A stretch of 63,984 nt of DNA, counting the filler, from Bdellovibrionota bacterium (GTDB lineage Bacteria > Bdellovibrionota > Bdellovibrionia > Bdellovibrionales > JAEYZS01): assembly GCA_963169515.1 (NCBI GenBank). It is 6 parts of 6 records of this genome, joined end to end, with 100 filler letters (N's around TTAATTAATTAA, not from the genome) between each part and the next. Parts side by side here need not be neighbours in the genome. Positions count along the whole stretch, not along the records: positions 60,452 to 63,984 come from CAUJEF010000071.1; 5 more parts are not named here. One strand, given 5' to 3'. Positions 60,646 to 63,984 of the stretch are shown here, piece by piece (the stretch's first letter is position 1; each line of letters starts with the position of its first letter). Both the position numbers and the translations under genes were made by a program. The notes under the pieces were generated by a model. It was not told the DNA's origin, ran no database searches, and was given only the letters and a program-made list of their open reading frames with translations.

Positions 60646-61560
60646 ATGAAAAGAATATTTATTTTGTTTATGACTTTATCTTTACTTGCCTGTGCACAAA
60701 AAGATCCCCTTGCTGGGCGTGCAAAGGGAAATGTTGCGCCACCACCGCAAACAGCTCCACAAGAATATGACGAATGCACAATGAACATCACCGGCCCAGC
60801 ATTTCTTTATGCTGTAGAAGGGCGCTCTGTAACCGTTCCTTTTTACATTCGGGGACTCCATGGACGTCAAACGGACGAAATCCTAACTGACTCAAAGGTC
60901 GAAGGTCTTACAATCAGAAGATATGGAATGACCAAAGATGGGCTAAAATTTAATTTTACATTCTCACCCCCAAAAGGTTCTGTGCAAAATGGCAGCAACT
61001 CCATTGCCCACGAAATTAATCTGCTCCCAAAGTCGCAATTACAAAACGAAGTGCGCTGTACTCGGCAATTAGGGCTATTCATAACCCGCACAGATCAGGT
61101 TCCCGTTATCAAACCGGTATTTCTCAATAAAAAACTGAACCTGAATGCAACAGAAAAAGTGCGCTTCAACGTGGATGTAATGGCAAAAGATGTGATCAAC
61201 ATCGAAAATCTACAATTATATGGTCGCTACGACAAAAGCATCTCTTCAAAAGAAAATCCCGTTTACTCAATGACACCGGCAGTTTCGACGATCTCTGGTC
61301 CGACTGCGGTGGGAAACAGTACGTATCGTTTTACGCTTGAAATAAACCCAGAAATTATCCGTTACCTACTTGCAGAGCAGTTAAAATCCAGCACAACAAA
61401 TTTTGAATTCACAATGCAACTGTCAGCAGAAAACCGTGATGCAAACTTAAGCTCACCAACAGTATATGTAACAACAACATTCACCCGTCCCAAACCAGAA
61501 GACCAGGCTCAAAAATCAAAAATCCCGACTGTTGCCAATCTAAAGGAAACAAAACCATGA
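60646..61560 (+). CDS. Lipoprotein, hypothetical (gliding-type cluster)
   Basis: LLAC lipobox; translationally coupled to the downstream genes. Confidence 0.75.
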   Translation: MKRIFILFMTLSLLACAQKDPLAGRAKGNVAPPPQTAPQEYDECTMNITGPAFLYAVEGRSVTVPFYIRGLHGRQTDEILTDSKVEGLTIRRYGMTKDGLKFNFTFSPPKGSVQNGSNSIAHEINLLPKSQLQNEVRCTRQLGLFITRTDQVPVIKPVFLNKKLNLNATEKVRFNVDVMAKDVINIENLQLYGRYDKSISSKENPVYSMTPAVSTISGPTAVGNSTYRFTLEINPEIIRYLLAEQLKSSTTNFEFTMQLSAENRDANLSSPTVYVTTTFTRPKPEDQAQKSKIPTVANLKETKP

Positions 61561-62258
61561 AAACCTTAGCCCTAATCCTTTGCTTAATTTCAGTCACCGC
61601 AAATTCAAAGGGGATTCTAGAGGACATAGATTCGCTTGGTAATAACAAGCAAATAGCTGAACGTTCTAGACAAATTCGCGGTGAAAATAAAATCAGAATT
61701 GTTCAGAATAGAACAGTGGATAGGAATAACCGCTTCGAGCTTGGGGTGAATTACGATATGGTCGCTGGTGGTGATCCATATATCAATACCAACAATCTTG
61801 GATTTCAGGTCGATTTCCATTTTTCCCCTAAATTTTCAGTTGGCGTAAGACATTACGAAACTTACGCTCGTCTTTCTGCCGAAGGTGAACGCGTATTCGA
61901 TGCTTACGACCGGGCCTTTTCACAAGGCGACTTCAGAAGTCGGCCTGAGGTGGACTACCCACTTTCGTCAACAATGGGCGTAGCCACTTTTTATCCACTC
62001 TACGGGAAGTTGAATTTTTTTAATCTTGGGGTAACACAGTTTGATGTTTACGTTCTCGGCGGTTACGGAAAAATGTTATTGAAAAGTGGCACTTCTGATA
62101 CTTGGACTGCCGGCAGCGGTATCGGATTTTGGTGGTCACAACATTTATCCTCAAGGCTTGAGGTCCGTTACCAAAACTACACAGACAAGGTGAATAATAT
62201 CGAGCGCAATGAAGGCGTAACATCATTTTCTGCAGGCATGGGCATATTGCTATGGTAA
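61557..62258 (+). CDS. Outer-membrane beta-barrel (GltA/GltB-like)
   Basis: RIVQNR, PLYGKLNF, FDVYVLGG motifs of myxobacterial-type gliding OMPs. Confidence 0.75.
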   Translation: MKTLALILCLISVTANSKGILEDIDSLGNNKQIAERSRQIRGENKIRIVQNRTVDRNNRFELGVNYDMVAGGDPYINTNNLGFQVDFHFSPKFSVGVRHYETYARLSAEGERVFDAYDRAFSQGDFRSRPEVDYPLSSTMGVATFYPLYGKLNFFNLGVTQFDVYVLGGYGKMLLKSGTSDTWTAGSGIGFWWSQHLSSRLEVRYQNYTDKVNNIERNEGVTSFSAGMGILLW

Positions 62259-63070
62259 AAATGTTTTTCGCGATCATCACACTCACGGCCACAGCGGCTA
62301 CTGCTGGAATCCAACAGGACAGAACCCTGCTGAACCAAGCACGCACAAGCTATGCCTCTGGAAAGTATAATGAGGCGGAAAAGTTATATTCAAAAATCCA
62401 GCCGAACTCGGACTATTGGTTACTCGCTGTTGAAGAGCGAGCGCATACCTTTGGCCGCGCCGGAGATTACAACAAGGCCCTCGCCGATCTTACAACTCTG
62501 ATTTCACCTGTATTTGAAAAAAATCTGGGCCCCGAGCCGTATTTCACAGCAGCATTAACTTACCTGAGGCTTTGCCAGTACGACAACATTTACGCAATTT
62601 TAGAAAAATACAAAGCAAACATGAAGGTACGCACAATTGCACTGGTCGCCCTTGCAGATCGGGACGCTGATCAGAAGGTACTATCAGTTGCTAAAAATTT
62701 AAATAAAGGCTTTGCCGCTTATGCCGATAAGGCCATCGAGTTTCCGACACTTTTTCACCTCGATACCCAAGTGCAGCAGGCCATCCGAACAAATAACAAT
62801 GCAAAGCTTCTAAAGCGTGTCGCCACACTTGCAAAAGAAGATATCAAGGAAATTTCAGAGACAACAAAAAAGCTTCACCTGATCGAAGCCGAAGTGATGC
62901 AACGACTTCATAAGCTTGAGGAAGCAAAAGATCATAATCGTGACCGTATCGGAAAATTCAAAGCTAAAAAGGACCAGCTCCAGTTTCCATACACTGATGA
63001 ACTTTGGATCGACGAAGTGAATTCATATCAGGTGGAATCCGAAAAGTGTCCAAAAGGGTCTGAGATATGA
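62252..63070 (+). CDS. Secreted TPR protein (GltC-like)
   Basis: TPR helices, YLRLCQY, C-terminal FPYTDELWIDEV..Y.V.S.C. Confidence 0.7.
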   Translation: MVKMFFAIITLTATAATAGIQQDRTLLNQARTSYASGKYNEAEKLYSKIQPNSDYWLLAVEERAHTFGRAGDYNKALADLTTLISPVFEKNLGPEPYFTAALTYLRLCQYDNIYAILEKYKANMKVRTIALVALADRDADQKVLSVAKNLNKGFAAYADKAIEFPTLFHLDTQVQQAIRTNNNAKLLKRVATLAKEDIKEISETTKKLHLIEAEVMQRLHKLEEAKDHNRDRIGKFKAKKDQLQFPYTDELWIDEVNSYQVESEKCPKGSEI

Positions 63071-63984
63071 AAAGGCTTGTGTTAGTGTATTTGATTTCAA
63101 TTTCAATCATAGGCTGTGCCCGTAACCGCGGAACAGATGTTTATACGCCGGCAATTATCGCAGAAGAAGATAGTATCCACGGCGGCCAAATGAATTTCGA
63201 GCTCAATCCAAAGGTAGATATCCTATTTGTTATTGATAACTCGGAAAGTATGCTTAGCGCACAAGAAAAGTTACAAAAAGCATCAGATTTGTTTGTTGAT
63301 GGGTTCGGAGAAAATAGTTTGATCGATTACCGCGTCGGCGTAATCACAGTTTACGATTCTCGCCGCTGTGGCAACGAAGATAAAAATGGAAAAATCATTG
63401 AATGTTATCCTGAAGGCCGACTCAGAACGCCATTCATTACCCGTGGTAACGGCGCTAAAGATAATATCCGTGCAGCCATAAACGTGGGAGTGTTGCCGCT
63501 CTCCCAAGGCGGGCCGCGCTTTGAAGAACTCTTTTCACCCATACTAACTGCTTTTACCCCTGAGCTAAATCACGCAAATGATAACTTTATTCGATCGGAC
63601 TCTAAAGTCGTAGTCATTATGGTGACGGATGAAGACGATTCGAGCTCTTCCATTTCCGTTGACAATTTTTTATTTCAATTGCGTGAATCGTTGGGGGCAA
63701 GAATAAACCTGTACGGTGTCGTGGCAACTCCTGAATGCCCTCGCAAAAGTTACGCCGACAAACCAGATCGTATTAGCAGTGCGGTTGCGCAAATGAACGG
63801 TCGGACTTATCCTATTTGTGACGCAAGTTTTGGCAAGCACCTGGCGGGAATTGGATCCGACATTCGCGAAAAATTGATGAAGCAGGAGATCGTATTACAA
63901 GCAATCCCTCAATCAGGAACTCTTCAATTATTTTATGGCGACAAGCTTGTTCCCCCGGGCAGAGGTTGGTATTACCATCCGCGG
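63067..63984 (+). CDS. VWA-domain lipoprotein (CglB-like), runs off the window; not in ORF track
   Basis: Manual translation MKRLVLVYLISISIIGC...KVDILFVIDNSESM (MIDAS DxSxS), VTDEDD. Confidence 0.8.
   Translation, partial: MKRLVLVYLISISIIGCARNRGTDVYTPAIIAEEDSIHGGQMNFELNPKVDILFVIDNSESMLSAQEKLQKASDLFVDGFGENSLIDYRVGVITVYDSRRCGNEDKNGKIIECYPEGRLRTPFITRGNGAKDNIRAAINVGVLPLSQGGPRFEELFSPILTAFTPELNHANDNFIRSDSKVVVIMVTDEDDSSSSISVDNFLFQLRESLGARINLYGVVATPECPRKSYADKPDRISSAVAQMNGRTYPICDASFGKHLAGIGSDIREKLMKQEIVLQAIPQSGTLQLFYGDKLVPPGRGWYYHPR

Overview
The window is six separate contigs joined by artificial 100-nt spacers (N44-TTAATTAATTAA-N44) at 24838, 29854, 35150, 54181 and 60352, so adjacency across a spacer carries no biological meaning. 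Gene content points to a Bdellovibrionota-like predatory bacterium (inference): a gliding-type Glt/Cgl cluster, a Bd1075-like LD-peptidase, many secreted proteases and FxNC lipoproteins. Most of it is core metabolism (recN-nadK, hisC-cmk-rpsA, queA-tgt-yajC-secD, M16/M3/S8 peptidases). Four things stand out. (1) A five-member family of modular lipoproteins has a conserved FNNCGxGF N-terminus, a Pro/Thr stalk and interchangeable beta-rich head domains. All four transcription units carry sigma28-like promoters, and three copies lie in a decayed island at tRNA-Arg(CCT) with a BrnT/BrnA pair and a recombinase remnant. (2) A candidate type I toxin-antitoxin locus (36088-36376) has 5'-3' fold-back pairing and an antisense promoter inside the toxin ORF. 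(3) A candidate ~85-nt sigma54-driven sRNA has three C-rich, anti-SD-like motifs (43782-43865). (4) A sensor kinase lacks its phospho-acceptor His. All calls come from manual motif reading; no database searches were run.
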